Source of the DNA: Eledone cirrhosa
Taxonomy: Eukaryota
DNA: 64,000 nt
Direction: 5' to 3'
NCBI GenBank assembly: GCA_964016885.1
Contig: OZ024746.1
Span: forward strand, 44,888,001 to 44,952,000
Below the pieces are notes generated by a model. It was given only the letters and a program-made list of their open reading frames with translations, was not told where the DNA came from and made no database searches. The position numbers and the translations under genes were made by a program. Shown here in pieces: positions 12,650-23,661 of the stretch (within the stretch, counting starts at the first letter, position 1; every line of letters begins with the position of its first letter).

Positions 12650-15600
12650 ATGACCTCACTCAGAATAGGCAGCATAAATGCGCGTGGCTTGGGGTCGTCA
12701 TGGAAGCAGGGTCACCTGCTCAACGACCTCAGGTCACTAAACATAGATGTAGTGGCCATCAGCGAGACCAGAATCTCCGAAGCACGGGCCTTCGCACCGA
12801 TCTTCGGCGGCTACGATGTGTACGCATCTCCCAGCCGTCCTGGATCGGGTGGAGGAGTTGCTGTGCTTTTTCGGAGAGGTTTGGATCTCGCCATACGGGT
12901 CATCTTCCTGGACCCAGAGGGTAAGCTGGTGGTGCTGGACGTGACCAGCGGAGACGGGCAAGCTTTCAGGCTAGTGGCCGTCTATGCCCCGACAGGAGCA
13001 GGGGGGCCTGATTTCTTCCGGCGTCTGGAGACCTTTCTTGGAACGTCCCGCTCTTTAGTGTTAGTGGGCGACTGGAACGGGATCTTAGATGCACGCTGGG
13101 ACTGTGTGGGATTAGCGGATAGGGGTGGAGGGTGCAAGAGCCTCACCAACCTGCTCAGGCGTTTTGAACTGTCTGACAGGTACCGATTGGATTTCCCGAA
13201 TGTGCCAATGTGGACTTGGACAAACCGCATAGGGTCATCCAGATCATATCTAGATAGAGTATTTTGTAGGGAAATAGATAGGTCTAGCATAGGCTGTCCA
13301 CAATTCAAGATAGTCAGCTACACGGACCACAAATTCGTGACCTGTGTGCTTGACTTAGATAGGCTTCATAGACGAGGACCCGGCTACTGGAAGCTAAACG
13401 CGTCCTTACCAGCGCGCAAGGCCTACAGAGACCGGATTAGCGAACTAGTTAAGCGGGCGTTGACGGGGGCCATCGTCAACAACAAGTGGTGGTTTGCTCT
13501 GAAAAGAGCGATTAGAATAGAATCGATTAGGTTTAGTAAGGCTTTAGCAATAGAGAAAAATAGAGCAGAGGGAGAACTAGTTAGAAAATTAGACGAGGCG
13601 CTTAGCAAAGGCATTGCGACCGACGTGCTTGCGACGAAATTGGCCCTTGACCAATTCTTCAATGCAAAGCACGAAGGCTGCGTTGTCAGAGCTAGGGTGC
13701 GTGCTCTCAGACACGAGGGGACGAAAGCCGTTCAATGGGCCCGAGTGGCGGAGGCGCGTCGTGGCAACAAAGCCACGATCCGGTCTTTGGTGGACCACGA
13801 CGGGCGCATGCTACTCGATCCCGGGCAAATGTGTGAAGCTTTTCAGCGACACTTCGCTCAGCTGTTCGGGGGCAGCGGGGGGCCGGGTAGAGGGATGGAC
13901 TTTAGTGTCTACCTCGCGGGCTGCCGCGGCTCTCGGCCACTGAGGCGAGGTGTTGCGAAAAGCCGATAACAGCCGCTGAAGTACGGGAGGCAATGACTGG
14001 CTGCACAAGGGGTAAATCGCCTGGTTTGGATGGTCTGCCCTATGAACTTTACGTACAGATGCCAGACTTGTTCGGAGGCCTCTTGGCGGACGTCTACTGC
14101 AACTGGCAACAGAACGGGAGAATTCCCAGTTCTGTGAGCCGAGGAGCGGTGGCACTGCTGAGAAAGGATCCGAACAAGGGGGATAACATAGACAATTTCC
14201 GGCCCATAACTCTGCTAAACACAGAGTTTAAGATTTTGGCCAAGGTGCTAGCAAAGAGGTTGGCGCTTGTCGTTGGTGGTCTGGTGGGAGCGGCGCAGAC
14301 ATGCGCCATTCCCGACAGATCCATCCACGACAACCTCCACCTCATGCGATACATCGTAGAGAGGGTAGCTAGGGAACCTGGCACGGGTGGGTCCTTGATC
14401 AATTTAGATCAGTCGAAAGCTTTCGATAGGGTCGACCATCGTTACCTAGCGGCAGTCCTGAGGGCGGCTGGCTTTGGGCCCGTCTTCAGAGGCTGGATCG
14501 CTGCCATGCACAGCGACATCTGCTCTGTGGTGAGAGTGAACGGTCACCTGTCGGAACCGTTCAACATAATGCGCTCGGTCCGCCAAGGATGTCCCCTCTC
14601 GTCCCTCTTGTACGTATTGACGCTCGAGCCATTACTGCACAAACTGGAGACGTTGAGGGAAGTCCCGCGCGAACTAGGATGCGGAAGATCCGTGTCAGCA
14701 TATGCGGACGATGTCACCGTAGTGGTGTCGAACGCCAAACACATCGAGGTGATCGGCACTACACTAAGAGAATACGAAGCGGTGACAGGAGCAATGATCA
14801 ACCAGGAAAAGTCAGTGGGCCTGCAGCTCGGCACCTGGAGAGGCAGGTCCATGCCGTCCAACAGCGTCGTCGGACGCTGGACGGACGGACCGGTTAAATT
14901 GCTAGGGGTCTGGTTCGGTCCGGACCTCCAGACGGACAAAAACTGGGACGAGGTGACGAGCAGGGTGGCTTCTCTCACCCAGAAATGGGCGGAGAGGAAG
15001 CTATCCCTGAAAGGTCGAGCGGAGGTGGCTAACGCGTACATCGCGTCTGTCATCTGCTACCGCCTAACCGTCGTACCTTGTCCTAAGCCTCGCCTGACTG
15101 CGCTGGAGCGTTTGCTCTTTCGCTTTTTGTGGAAGGGACGTGCTCCGATGGTCAGGCGGTCCATCTGTTGTCAACACCCGCTACGTGGAGGGCTGGGCAT
15201 GCCGTGGCTGATGATGCGCAGGCACGCGCTCAGGCTACGACATCTCCACCTCTTCCTCGACGGTGATCAGGTGTGGTCGCCGTTTGCTAGACGCGTTTTT
15301 CCCCAGCTCGTTTCCTTGACGGAGCTGCAGTCCTGGGTCAAGCGAAGATCGAGAGGGAGCGCCTGGAGACTGGAATGTCTTCAGGCGCTCACAGCCCTCG
15401 ACCAATCGGGCAATGTGATCGGTGGAAACTCCACCTCGGCGTTCTATAGAGGATTAGTGGAGGGGAAGAGCGACGACGTACTTGGGGAAACTCTAGGCGT
15501 CGACGAAAATCAACTAGCCAATCTCTTCGGAAGAACTTTCGGGCCAGGGCCTATGGACAACTTCCAGAAATCTCTGGCCTGGCAGTGCTAGCGAGGAGCC

Positions 15601-16068
15601 TTGCCAGTTCGGGATAAACTCTACAGGCATGGAGGTGCCGTCAGCCGGGCATGTCCGAGATGCGCGCAGGGCGACGAAACCGTCCTGCACGCACTCGTCC
15701 AGTGTCCGAAAATTGCTGACTTGTGGGTTTATGTCGAACACCTGCTGTCGCGTTTAGGACGGATCCAGCTATCATCTGAGTCTATCGTGAGGATTGCCCC
15801 GCCCTCCTCCTTTAGCCGGGAAGGGCAGGCAGTTTTTATCTGTCTGGTGGCCATGGCGAAAGAGATAGTATGGTGGACACGTTTGAAAGGGCTGAAGACG
15901 AGCACTTACCTCTTCGGTGATGCTCTGATTGACTTTTTCAAATTTCATTTGAAAAGGAAAATCAGAGTAGAGAAGGAAGTGCTCTCTTCCCAGCATTTTG
16001 TTGAAAGATGGGTGAGAGAAGCAAGAATGGCCCGAGTGAATGGGCCGACTCTGAGTATATATCTGTAA
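12650..16068 (+). pseudogene. Tx1 ORF2 (APE endonuclease + RT + C-terminal CCHC), frameshift near 13916 and TAG at 15589-15591
   Basis: SINARGL, ISETR, VGDWN, LDR, TDH (APE); KAFD, RQGCPLS, YADD (RT); CPRC..ETVLHALVQC. Lesions seen by comparison with copy 2. Confidence 0.92.
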
Positions 16069-16562
16069 ACTAAAGGTGGAAAACTGGGAGAGGGCACTTG
16101 CCTTGGTGGTCAGGGTCATTGTGGCTTTTTACTGGGCTTTCTCCACAAATGTCCCTCCGAAGTCTCCCCCCTATTGGGGAATTTTTCATTGTTATTTTTG
16201 TTACATCCTCTGTTTTTGTTTTGTACACGCAGAAATGCCCATTTGTACCGTCCTGCATTGTCCTGCACTGTCCTTAATGTCTACTTTATGTAAACCCTTG
16301 TGGTTAATAAAGAAATCATTATTATTATTAATATTATTATTATTATTGAATGCCATGGTTGACGGAGGCTCGGCTCTGTAAGGTATAGTAATTTTTAACC
16401 GTTAAAACAATTGTAAATTGTTTAAAACTTGAACCAAATTGTTGATAAAGACAACCTCCTCCTCGTGAGAGGTGTCTTTCTGTCCGTTATTTGGCCCTTC
16501 GGGGTTAAATAACCAGTTATTGGGGTTTTGTACCCAAAATTTCATTTTAAACAAAAAACAAC

Positions 16563-18659
16563 ATGGCTACGAAAAAGAAATTGTATACGTCACTCCCACT
16601 CATTCCGTCTTCTTCTTCCTCAATCATCACTACAGCAGAGAGAAGATTGTCTCTCTCCCTCCCTTCTTTAAATGTGTCTCTCTCCCTCCCTTCTCTTTCG
16701 CAAGTGACGAAAGAAAAGAAAAGTCTCGTGCAAAGCGTGCAAGGTTTCTCCACGACGACGACGACAGCGACGAAACAGGTGTGCGGGAAATACGAAAACC
16801 CAGTTCATTCGTCTGACGTCAGGAATAATAGCAGTAGCAGCCGTAATAACAACTGCAACAGTGACAATGAAAACAACAGTAGCAGCCGCAACAGCATCAC
16901 CAGCAGCATAAACAACAACAGCATTAGCAGCAGCAACACCAACAACAACCACAGCAACAGCGGCGGAGGCAGTAGTCGTAGTACCTGCAGCAACAACAAA
17001 AGTACCAGCAGCTCTGACGACAACAACAACAGCAGAGAAAAACCAATCTCATTTGCAGGTATTGCGAAAAACTTGGAAACAATCCTCATAACAAATGAGG
17101 AATTAGAGGAAGCGAAGAAGATGGTGACAAAGAACGGACACCGAGCAATCTGCAAGGCAGCGAAAAAATTTTTCGAAACCCAAGAGCACTGTACGGTCAC
17201 GTACCGTACAGTAAGTACAAAATCCCGTAGGGTGGAAAGAGCCACAGAGGCCCAAATACAAAAAGCCTTGGGGTCTGTGTGGCAGCGGAAAACGCACATC
17301 ACCCGAGGCAAAAAATATGCCACCGTAGACGTACTTTTTGCCACACCCCAGGAGGCAAAGGCCCAATCAGTAGTGACCCTAAGGAGCGAGGAAATGGTGT
17401 TGGTGCCCTCCTACTGTGGGCAAAAAATTGTGAGGGTCAAACTGACCCACGTCCCCCCCGGAATGACCCCTTCTTGGCTGGCCGCGTCTGTCCTCGTCGG
17501 AATCGAGGACAAAACAACTGTACTGCAAGTACAGAAAAAAGTAAGAGAAGATTGGGTCGGCTCCTCCATTGAGATGCTAATCCAAACCAACCAGGAGTGC
17601 ATCGAAGCTATCCCGGATGTGATAGACTTCGATAACGGCACTCAACTGCCCATAAGTGTTGAGGGCAAACGCCCGAAATGCTTTCGCTGTGGATCGAAGA
17701 CTCACCTCAGGGCCTTCTGCAACGAGAAGACCCTGAGAAAGGAGAAAACCCCCCTCCTTCCGAATCCGGCTCCACGGCTACCAGCAACAGGACAAGCGGC
17801 AACCAGGAACGATAGGCAAGTGGCACCCATACCCACTCCACGGAAATCAAAAACAGCAGCAGCAGTGGAAATACTAACAACAACAACAGCAATACCAAAT
17901 GCAGCTGCAACAGAGACTCCAGTGCAAACATCACCAACAACAACAAGTGAAAGAGTGGAGTTGGTACCCCTCCCCGACCTCACAGAATCAGACATGGAGT
18001 GTGAGGTGGGAGAGAGATGGCAAAAGGTCGTAAGAAGGCACAAACGCAGAAGCAGCGCATCGTCGCCTTTGAAAAGGGAGGAAAGAAATGAGAAAAGGGT
18101 AAAGTCTACTGCAAAGAGACCCACAGCAGCAACAACACCAACACCATCACCACCCACACTAGCACCACCATCACCACCGGCGACAACCCCACCGCCAACA
18201 ACACCTTCAACACCACCACCACAAGCACCAACATCGCAAACACAACAACAAAACACACACACCCAGCAACAACGACAAGAAAATAGTAGAACCACACCCC
18301 ACCCCCAGAAAAACAAATGCACGGCAATAAATACACACAACAAGAAACTAATGACTTACATAATTGAACACACAGACATTTCACAACAGGACTACATAAT
18401 ACCAGCACCAATCAAAACGCCAACTAACATAAGACTGCTAAAAATAGCACAGAAACAATACACAAATATTAAAACGAAATTCCCCAACGCAGTTGGTGAT
18501 TTCAGGGACCTAGGAGGAACCATCAATCGAAGAGTATACTCAGACATTCTCTTAGAAGAGCCGACGACCAGCCGAAGGGACGATTCAACGGTCCCTTCAC
18601 CAGACGATCAAGTGAAAAGGGATGTAAAAACCATCCCTCCTCTACCAAAAGTACGGTAA
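16563..18659 (+). CDS. Tx1 ORF1p type A (698 aa)
   Basis: Open ORF with CCHC knuckle. Confidence 0.9.
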   Translation: MATKKKLYTSLPLIPSSSSSIITTAERRLSLSLPSLNVSLSLPSLSQVTKEKKSLVQSVQGFSTTTTTATKQVCGKYENPVHSSDVRNNSSSSRNNNCNSDNENNSSSRNSITSSINNNSISSSNTNNNHSNSGGGSSRSTCSNNKSTSSSDDNNNSREKPISFAGIAKNLETILITNEELEEAKKMVTKNGHRAICKAAKKFFETQEHCTVTYRTVSTKSRRVERATEAQIQKALGSVWQRKTHITRGKKYATVDVLFATPQEAKAQSVVTLRSEEMVLVPSYCGQKIVRVKLTHVPPGMTPSWLAASVLVGIEDKTTVLQVQKKVREDWVGSSIEMLIQTNQECIEAIPDVIDFDNGTQLPISVEGKRPKCFRCGSKTHLRAFCNEKTLRKEKTPLLPNPAPRLPATGQAATRNDRQVAPIPTPRKSKTAAAVEILTTTTAIPNAAATETPVQTSPTTTSERVELVPLPDLTESDMECEVGERWQKVVRRHKRRSSASSPLKREERNEKRVKSTAKRPTAATTPTPSPPTLAPPSPPATTPPPTTPSTPPPQAPTSQTQQQNTHTQQQRQENSRTTPHPQKNKCTAINTHNKKLMTYIIEHTDISQQDYIIPAPIKTPTNIRLLKIAQKQYTNIKTKFPNAVGDFRDLGGTINRRVYSDILLEEPTTSRRDDSTVPSPDDQVKRDVKTIPPLPKVR

Positions 18660-18694
18660 GTGGTCTTTCCCATCTTTTCCACTCTATTTTAAAC

Positions 18695-21600
18695 ATGACC
18701 TCACTCAGAATAGGCAGCATAAATGCGCGTGGCTTGGGGTCGTCATGGAAGCAGGGTCACCTGCTCAACGACCTCAGGTCACTAAACATAGATGTAGTGG
18801 CCATCAGCGAGACCAGAATCTCCGAAGCACGGGCCTTCGCACCGATCTTCGGCGGCTACGATGTGTACGCATCTCCCAGCCGTCCTGGATCGGGTGGAGG
18901 AGTTGCTGTACTTTTTCGGAGAGATTTGGATCTCGCCATACGGGCCATCTTCCTGGACCCAGAGGGTAAGCTGGTGGTGCTGGACGTGACCAGCGGAGAC
19001 GGGCAAGCTTTCAGGCTAGTGGCCGTCTATGCCCCGACAGGAGCAGGGCGGCCTGATTTCTTCCGGCGTCTGGAGACCTTTCTTGGAACGTCCCGCTCTT
19101 TAGTGTTAGTGGGCGACTGGAACGGGATCTTAGATGCACGCTGGGACTGTGTGGGATTAGCGGATAGGGGTGGAGGGTGCAAGAGCCTCACCAACCTGCT
19201 CAGGCGTTTTGAACTGTCTGACAGGTACCGATTGGATTTCCCGAATGTGCCAATGTGGACTTGGACAAACCGCATAGGGTCATCCAGATCATATCTAGAT
19301 AGAGTATTTTGTAGGGAAATAGATAGGTCTAGCATAGGCTGTCCACAATTCAAGATAGTCAGCTACACGGACCACAAATTCGTGACCTGTGTGCTTGACT
19401 TAGATAGGCTTCATAGACGAGGACCCGGCTACTGGAAGCTAAACGCGTCCTTACCAGCGCGCAAGGCCTACAGAGACCGGATTAGCGAACTAGTTAAGCG
19501 GGCGTTGACGGGGGCCATCGTCAACAACAAGTGGTGGTTTGCTCTGAAAAGAGCGATTAGAATAGAATCGATTAGGTTTAGTAAGGCTTTAGCAATAGAG
19601 AAAAATAGAGCAGAGGGAGAACTAGTTAGAAAATTAGACGAGGCGCTTAGCAAAGGCATTGCGACCGACGTGCTTGCGGCGAAATTGGCCCTTGACCAAT
19701 TCTTCAATGCAAAGCACGAAGGCTGCGTTGTCAGAGCTAGGGTGCGTGCTCTCAGACACGAGGGGACAAAAGCCGTTCAATGGGCCCGAGTGGCGGAGGC
19801 GCGTCGTGGCAACAAAGCCACGATCCGGTCTTTGGTGGACCACGACGGGCGCATGCTACTCGATCCCGGGCAAATGTGTGAAGCTTTTCAGCGACACTTC
19901 GCTCAGCTGTTCGGGGGCAGCGGGGGGCCGGGTAGAGGGATGGACTTTAGTGTCTACCTCGACGGACTGCCGCGGCTCTCGGCCACTGAGGCGAGGTGTT
20001 GCGAAAAGCCGATAACAGCCGCTGAAGTACGGGAGGCAATGACTGGCTGCACAAGGGGTAAATCGCCTGGTTTGGATGGTCTGCCCTATGAACTTTACGT
20101 ACAGATGCCAGACTTGTTCGGAGGCCTCTTGGCGGACGTCTACTGCAACTGGCAACAGAACGGGAGAATTCCCAGTTCTGTGAGCCGAGGTGCGGTGGCA
20201 CTGCTGAGAAAGGATCCGAACAAGGGGGATAACATAGACAATTTCCGGCCCATAACTCTGCTAAACACAGAGTTTAAGATTTTGGCCAAGGTGCTAGCAA
20301 AGAGGTTGGCGCTTGTCGTTGGTGGTCTGGTGGGAGAGGCGCAGACATGCGCCATACCCGACAGATCCATCCACGACAACCCCCACCTCATGCGATACAT
20401 CGTAGAGAGGGTGGCTAGGGAACCTGGCACGGGTGGGTCCTTGATCAATTTAGATCAGTCGAAAGCTTTCGATAGGGTCGACCATCGTTACCTAGCGGCA
20501 GTCCTGAGGGCGGCTGGCTTTGGGCCCGTCTTCAGAGGCTGGATCGCTGCCATGCACAGCGACATCTGCTCTGTGGTGAGAGTGAACGGTCACCTGTCGG
20601 AACCGTTCAACATCATGCGCTCGGTCCGCCAAGGATGTCCCCTCTCGTCCCTCTTGTACGTATTGACTCTCGAGCCATTACTGCACAAACTGGAGACGTT
20701 GAGGGGAGTCCCGCGCGAACTAGGATGCGGAAGATCCGTGTCAGCATATGCCGACGATGTCACCGTAGTGGTGTCGAACGCCAAACACATCGAGGCGATC
20801 GGCACTACACTAAGAGAATACGAAGCGGTGACAGGAGCAATGATCAACCAGGAAAAGTCAGTGGGCCTGCAGCTCGGCACCTGGAGAGGCAGGTCCATGC
20901 CGTCCAACAGCGTCGTCGGGCGCTGGACGGACGGACCGGTTAAATTACTATGGGTCTGGTTCGGTCCGGACCTCCAGACGGACAAAAACTGGGACGAGGT
21001 GACGAGCAGGGTGGCTTCTCTTACCCAGAAATGGGCGGAGAGGAAGCTATCCCTGAAAGGTCGAGCGGAGGTGGCTAACGCGTACATCGCGTCTGTCATC
21101 TGCTACCGCCTAACCGTCGTACCTTGTCCTAAGCCTCGCCTGACTGCGCTGGAGCGTTTGCTCTTTCGCTTTTTGTGGAAGGGACGTGCTCCGATGGTCA
21201 GGCGGTCCATCTGTTGTCAACACCCGCTACGTGGAGGGCTGGGCATGCCGTGGCTGATGATGCGCAGGCACGCGCTCAGGCTACGACATCTCCACCTCTT
21301 CCTCGACGGTGATCAGGTGTGGTCGCCGTTTGCTAGACGCGTTTTTCCCCAGCTCGTTTCCTTGACGGAGCTGCAGTCCTGGGTCAAGCGAAGACCGAGA
21401 GGGAGCGCCTGGAGACTGGAATGTCTTCAGGCGCTCACAGCCCTCGACCAATCGGGCAATGTGATCGGTGGAAACTCCACCTCGGCGTTCTATAGAGGAT
21501 TAGTGGAGGGGAAGAGCGACGACGTACTTGGGGAAACTCTAGGCGTCGACGAAAATCAACTAGCCAATCTCTTCGGAAGAACTTTCGGGCCAGGGCCTAT

Positions 21601-22114
21601 GGACAACTTCCAGAAATCTCTGGCCTGGCAGTGCTACCGAGGAGCCTTGCCAGTTCGGGATAAACTCTACAGGCATGGAGGTGCCGTCAGCCGGGCATGT
21701 CCGAGATGCGCGCAGGGCGACGAAACCGTCCTGCACGCACTCGTCCAGTGTCCGAAAATTGCTGACTTGTGGGTTTATGTCGAACACCTGCTGTCGCGTT
21801 TGGGACGGATCCAGCTATCATCTGAGTCTATCGTGAGGATTGCCCCGCCCTCCTCCTTTAGCCGGGAAGGGCAGGCAGTTTTTATCTGTCTGGTGGCCAT
21901 GGCGAAAGAGATAGTATGGTGGACACGTTTGAAAGGGCTGAAGACGAGCACTTACCTCTTCGGTGATGCTCTGATTGACTTTTTCAAATTTCATTTGAAA
22001 AGGAAAATCAGAGTAGAGAAGGAAGTGCTCTCTTCCCAGCATTTTGTTGAAAGATGGGTGAGAGAAGCAAGAATGGCCCGAGTGAATGGGCCGACTCTGA
22101 GTATATATCTGTAA
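18695..22114 (+). CDS. Tx1 ORF2p, APE-RT-zinc finger (1139 aa)
   Basis: Uninterrupted ORF with the APE and RT motifs, including YADD. Confidence 0.95.
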   Translation: MTSLRIGSINARGLGSSWKQGHLLNDLRSLNIDVVAISETRISEARAFAPIFGGYDVYASPSRPGSGGGVAVLFRRDLDLAIRAIFLDPEGKLVVLDVTSGDGQAFRLVAVYAPTGAGRPDFFRRLETFLGTSRSLVLVGDWNGILDARWDCVGLADRGGGCKSLTNLLRRFELSDRYRLDFPNVPMWTWTNRIGSSRSYLDRVFCREIDRSSIGCPQFKIVSYTDHKFVTCVLDLDRLHRRGPGYWKLNASLPARKAYRDRISELVKRALTGAIVNNKWWFALKRAIRIESIRFSKALAIEKNRAEGELVRKLDEALSKGIATDVLAAKLALDQFFNAKHEGCVVRARVRALRHEGTKAVQWARVAEARRGNKATIRSLVDHDGRMLLDPGQMCEAFQRHFAQLFGGSGGPGRGMDFSVYLDGLPRLSATEARCCEKPITAAEVREAMTGCTRGKSPGLDGLPYELYVQMPDLFGGLLADVYCNWQQNGRIPSSVSRGAVALLRKDPNKGDNIDNFRPITLLNTEFKILAKVLAKRLALVVGGLVGEAQTCAIPDRSIHDNPHLMRYIVERVAREPGTGGSLINLDQSKAFDRVDHRYLAAVLRAAGFGPVFRGWIAAMHSDICSVVRVNGHLSEPFNIMRSVRQGCPLSSLLYVLTLEPLLHKLETLRGVPRELGCGRSVSAYADDVTVVVSNAKHIEAIGTTLREYEAVTGAMINQEKSVGLQLGTWRGRSMPSNSVVGRWTDGPVKLLWVWFGPDLQTDKNWDEVTSRVASLTQKWAERKLSLKGRAEVANAYIASVICYRLTVVPCPKPRLTALERLLFRFLWKGRAPMVRRSICCQHPLRGGLGMPWLMMRRHALRLRHLHLFLDGDQVWSPFARRVFPQLVSLTELQSWVKRRPRGSAWRLECLQALTALDQSGNVIGGNSTSAFYRGLVEGKSDDVLGETLGVDENQLANLFGRTFGPGPMDNFQKSLAWQCYRGALPVRDKLYRHGGAVSRACPRCAQGDETVLHALVQCPKIADLWVYVEHLLSRLGRIQLSSESIVRIAPPSSFSREGQAVFICLVAMAKEIVWWTRLKGLKTSTYLFGDALIDFFKFHLKRKIRVEKEVLSSQHFVERWVREARMARVNGPTLSIYL

Positions 22115-22376
22115 ACTAAAGGTGGAAAACTGGGAGAGGGCACTTGCCTTGGTGGTCAGGGTCATTGTGGCTTTTTACTGGGCTTTCTCCACAAATGTCC
22201 CTCCGAAGTCTCCCCCCTATTGGGGAATTTTTCATTGTTATTTTCATTGTTATTTTTGTTACATCCTCTGTTTTTGTTTTTTTACACGCAGAAATGCCCA
22301 TTTGTACCGTCCTGCATTGTCCTGCACTGTCCTTAATGTCTACTTTATGTAAACCCTTCTGGTTAATAAAGAAATC

Positions 22377-22432
<56 letters not shown>

Positions 22433-22433
<1 letters not shown>

Positions 22434-23420
22434 AGTTGCATATTATCTTGCTTTATGTTCATACGAGTTATCACCAAGTCACAACCAGTGACCTCAAGAG
22501 ACAACAAGGTCCGCCATGTTCAAGAAAGAACACACATACACACACATGCATCTTTAGGTTTTTAGACTTGTGATGTACTTATATTGACAGAATCTTCCTT
22601 AATATATGGGCAGTTCCCATTAGTACTATCTTTTTTATTTCTCATATACGTGGGTTTCTTGGGATTTGCAATAAGTAATCATTAGACCCCTTAGGTATCA
22701 TTCCTAGACCGCCTACAACCACTGGTATCGTTTTAGTTCTCAATTTCCACATTTTTCCAATTTCTATCTCCAGGTCCTTATACTTGCTCAATTTTTCAAA
22801 TGTTTTTATAGATACATTCTTCTCTATTGGAACGGACATATCAATTAGCAGGCATACCCTCTTTTTAAAATCCTTCAGTATTATATCAGGACTATTTGCA
22901 TCTATGTTTCGGTCTGTTTGGATACTAAAGTTCCACAAGATTGAGATGTGATCTTTTTCAAGTACGGGCGGTGGTTGATGCTCCCACCAATTCTTTTGAT
23001 GGGGCAGGTCAAAATGCTTACACATTATCCAATGTATGTATTGCCTGTTTAGGTATTCGGTTGGAGCTATAGGACTGCACATTGAAATTATATGATCAAT
23101 GGTCTCTGGTTGTTTTTTTACATACACGGCATAATGGGTTGCATCCATTTATTATTATGTTGTCTTGGTAATTTTTTGTTGGCAGACACTGATCTTGTGC
23201 TGATATAATTTGTCCTTCAGTCTCCTATTTCAGTCCAGAGGATGCCAACCACTGATGGTTTAAAGTTTTGTCAATATCAGGATTGTTAGCTCTTATTTCC
23301 CATACAGAGGCTTTTCTTGCCATTTCTTAGCCAATTTCTGTAGCAGTTCTTTCTTTGCAGTTACTTTTACCTGCTTTGCTTTTTATGTGTTTTTCATTTC
23401 AGCAGTAAATGAACTTCTGT
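22433..23420 (-). mobile_element. R4/Dong-like family B, second 5'-truncated copy (RLE domain + 3'UTR)
   Basis: Collinear with 8370-9380 with substitutions and indels. (ATT)n on both sides (22377-22432 and 23421-23448). Confidence 0.9.
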
Positions 23421-23661
23421 AATTATTATTATTATTATTATTATTATTGGTTATCATTACAAAACGGTGGTAACTACGGCGGAGTAAGCTGGTTGAATTA
23501 TTATGAGTTATCGAGTGTTCTAATAATATATGTTTACATCGGTATGTAGTCAAAGAGCCCCTCTGTCAAAGGAAGTGGTTTTTTTAACTGTATCTCGCGC
23601 GCTTGAGGGCAACATTTGCTTTTATTTACAATCATAACCCCAAAATAAAAAAAATAAAAAC

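Larger units (their letters stand above)
10303..16317 (+). mobile_element. Tx1-clade non-LTR retrotransposon copy 1 (ORF1 type A), full length
   Basis: 5'UTR, ORF1 with CCHC knuckle, APE-RT ORF2 and a 3'UTR with AATAAA. (ATT)n on both sides, and the same 5' start (GAATGCCATGG) as copy 2. Confidence 0.93.
16348..22376 (+). mobile_element. Tx1-clade LINE copy 2 (ORF1 type A), full length, both ORFs open
   Basis: Near-identical to copy 1 and head-to-tail with it across (ATT)n 16318-16347. Followed by (ATT)n 22377-22432. Confidence 0.95.
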
